Source: a virus. Taken from it: a DNA stretch of 41,685 bases. A program made the translations under genes and the position numbers. Below, piece after piece: positions 40,216 to 41,685 of the stretch; position 1 is the first letter of the stretch; every line of letters starts with the position of its first letter. Location: IMG/VR virus record IMGVR_UViG_3300021254_000004, positions 1-41,685 of that record, one strand, 5' to 3'. Below the pieces are notes generated by a model. That model was given only the letters and a program-made list of their open reading frames with translations. It was not told where the DNA came from and did not search any database.

Positions 40216-40827
40216 ATGAAAATACTTGAACTTGAAGTAAAATACGTTAACCAATACGCAAGCGACGACTACATTTTGAATGACTTTGAACTTTCTGAAG
40301 AAAGTCTTGAAGAACTCGCTAAGCTTTTAGGTTTGAAAGAAAATGAAGATTTTGACGACGTTAAAGACGAAGCAGCACAATGGTTCTTGGATAATTACGA
40401 AGAAGAAAACTCAAAAGTTGAAGCAACTGAATTTTACAACCGTACTATCAGCCACAAAGATATCTCAGTTTCTTACGAAGCTGACCTAGTGGCGGAATAC
40501 AACGATACTAAAATCATTGCTCACGTTGACTTTGAACAAGATTGTTTATATAACAACGCTGAAGCTAAACAAGTACTAGCTGAACAACCTAAAAAGCTTT
40601 ATCTTAGCGGAATTGAACACGTTGAATACATTGAAGATTTTGAAGAAATTCAAAACGACTTTGAAGAAGATTATTATGACGACTGGTTTACTTACGACGA
40701 AGAAAATTATGAGTGGTGGGAAGAGTTAGCGAACGCTTTGTATGAATTGGAATGTGAAGGCGTTGATATTAAAGCAATGGAAGTAAATGAGTTACAAGAT
40801 TACATTGACGCATATAATGAATTATAA
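40216..40827 (+). CDS. hyper-acidic 203-aa protein, unknown function (DNA-mimic-like composition)
   Basis: ORF track, with SD AGAGGTA. By my count it has 38 E plus 22 D against 12 K plus 1 R, and it is rich in Y/W/F. Confidence 0.8.
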   Translation: MKILELEVKYVNQYASDDYILNDFELSEESLEELAKLLGLKENEDFDDVKDEAAQWFLDNYEEENSKVEATEFYNRTISHKDISVSYEADLVAEYNDTKIIAHVDFEQDCLYNNAEAKQVLAEQPKKLYLSGIEHVEYIEDFEEIQNDFEEDYYDDWFTYDEENYEWWEELANALYELECEGVDIKAMEVNELQDYIDAYNEL

Positions 40828-40836
40828 AAAACAAAA

Positions 40837-40860
40837 GGCGGTCTGATGACCGTCTTTTTT
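40837..40860. terminator. bidirectional intrinsic terminator between the island gene and the int 3' end
   Basis: ggcggtc-tgat-gaccgtc has TTTTTT after it on the plus strand. On the minus strand it is followed by ttttgtttttt. Confidence 0.75.
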
Positions 40861-40874
40861 GCTATAGTTTTAAT

Positions 40875-40922
40875 AGAGTATTTTAGTTTCCTTTATTTGA
40901 ATCAATGACACTAAAATCCTCT
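40875..40922. other. candidate attP core: 13-bp imperfect inverted repeat arms separated by 22 bp, abutting the int stop codon
   Basis: agagtattttagt (40875-40887) pairs with actaaaatcctct (40910-40922) at 12 of 13 positions. Confidence 0.3.
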
Positions 40923-41685
40923 AAAAATCAAAAATAATTTTGATATCCTCTTTTGTGACATCAACTTTTTTTATTAACGTTTTAGCGAGATTCCGTTGCT
41001 CTTCATAAGTCATCTTATCTATGTCTTTTACAGATAGATTCTTCCTAACATTCTCCGCTTTCAATTTTAAAATACTGTTTTCGTCTTTTTTCAATTGAAC
41101 TTCAAGAATGTTTTTTTCGCTTTTGAATTTGTCGGCTTTGCTTTTTAAATCTTCGATAGTTATCAAATCGTTTAAGTAAAGGTCGTTAAGCTTTGCTATT
41201 TGCTTATCTATTTTTTTGATTTGGGATTCTATTTTTTTTGTATCTATCTTCGTTTCTTCAGGTTGTTTTAAATATTTATTTAATTCATCAGGGTTCTCTT
41301 GTAACTTTTTGATTTCGTTGATTACATACCCTTCCACGTCCTCTTTCAAGTATCTTCCGGATTGCGTACACTGTTCGTTGTTGTTATATACAGTCAAATA
41401 GGTGTGTTTTCTCTTCCATCGGTTATGACAGTCGTAAGCCATTAAACGAGTACCGTCTTTTCGAACGGGCCCTTTTCTCATTTTTAAAGGAGCACCGCAG
41501 TAGCCGCAGCGAATCATTCCGGATAACATATATTTTGCTTGAAATGGTCTTGGATTGTTTTTGTTTTGTTTGGTCTGTTGCTGACGCTTTTTGAATTCAG
41601 CTTGAGCTAGTTCAAAAGTCTCTTTATCTATGATTGCTTCGTGTAACCCTTCATAGATTTCACCTTTGAATTCTGTAACTCCCGT
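40921..41685 (-). CDS. int: large serine recombinase (integrase), C-terminal part (zinc-ribbon and coiled-coil domains); 41559-41685 duplicates 1-127
   Basis: The track ORF 40921..41529 begins at an internal Met. The frame stays open upstream to the window end and joins base 1 in frame (...KRQQQTKQNKNNPRPFQAKYMLSGMIRCGYCGAPL...). Confidence 0.9.
   Translation of the reverse strand, partial: TGVTEFKGEIYEGLHEAIIDKETFELAQAEFKKRQQQTKQNKNNPRPFQAKYMLSGMIRCGYCGAPLKMRKGPVRKDGTRLMAYDCHNRWKRKHTYLTVYNNNEQCTQSGRYLKEDVEGYVINEIKKLQENPDELNKYLKQPEETKIDTKKIESQIKKIDKQIAKLNDLYLNDLITIEDLKSKADKFKSEKNILEVQLKKDENSILKLKAENVRKNLSVKDIDKMTYEEQRNLAKTLIKKVDVTKEDIKIIFDF
41559..41685. repeat. second copy of the 127-bp terminal overlap
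   Basis: Identical to 1..127. Confidence 0.95.

Overview
The window is a complete, circularly closed genome of a temperate siphovirus-type phage or excised prophage. Bases 41559-41685 repeat bases 1-127 exactly, so the unique length is 41,558 bp. The large serine recombinase gene is split across the two window ends. Gene order: int, two accessory genes and a CI-like XRE/S24 repressor lie on the minus strand. Next comes a divergent switch with ATACGA-N6-TCGTAT operators and an embedded convergent 71-aa gene. The plus strand then carries a cro-like gene, an antirepressor, a replisome organizer with internal iteron-like repeats, RecT, a PD-(D/E)XK nuclease, RusA and many small ORFs. These include two tandem lipoproteins, two tandem paralogs and an ArpU-like late regulator. 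A structured RNA, a tRNA-Lys(UUU) and a terminator precede TerS, TerL, an SPP1-like portal and a MuF/gp7 protein with a C-terminal HExxH domain. A small acidic ORF, two tandem terminators and a tRNA-Trp(CCA) follow. The structural genes are scaffold, capsid, connectors, tail tube, G/G-T chaperone (-1 frameshift), tape measure, Dit, a Tal with a CHAP domain, and fibre/receptor-binding genes. Two holin-like genes and a Pal-like Amidase_5 endolysin come next. The genome ends with an AT-rich accessory ('moron') island and a candidate attP. The island holds two near-identical consensus promoters, micro-ORFs, a riboswitch-like terminator/antiterminator leader and a hyper-acidic 203-aa protein. The protein families suggest a Streptococcus-type host; this is inference from recollection, with no search run. 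The most interesting candidates are the regulatory RNAs, the cI-linked two-gene accessory module, the MuF-HExxH protein, the two phage tRNAs and the acidic island protein. The regulatory RNA candidates include three copies of an identical TGTTAAAAT extended -10, each followed by a hairpin and a terminator. No single system can be proven from sequence alone.
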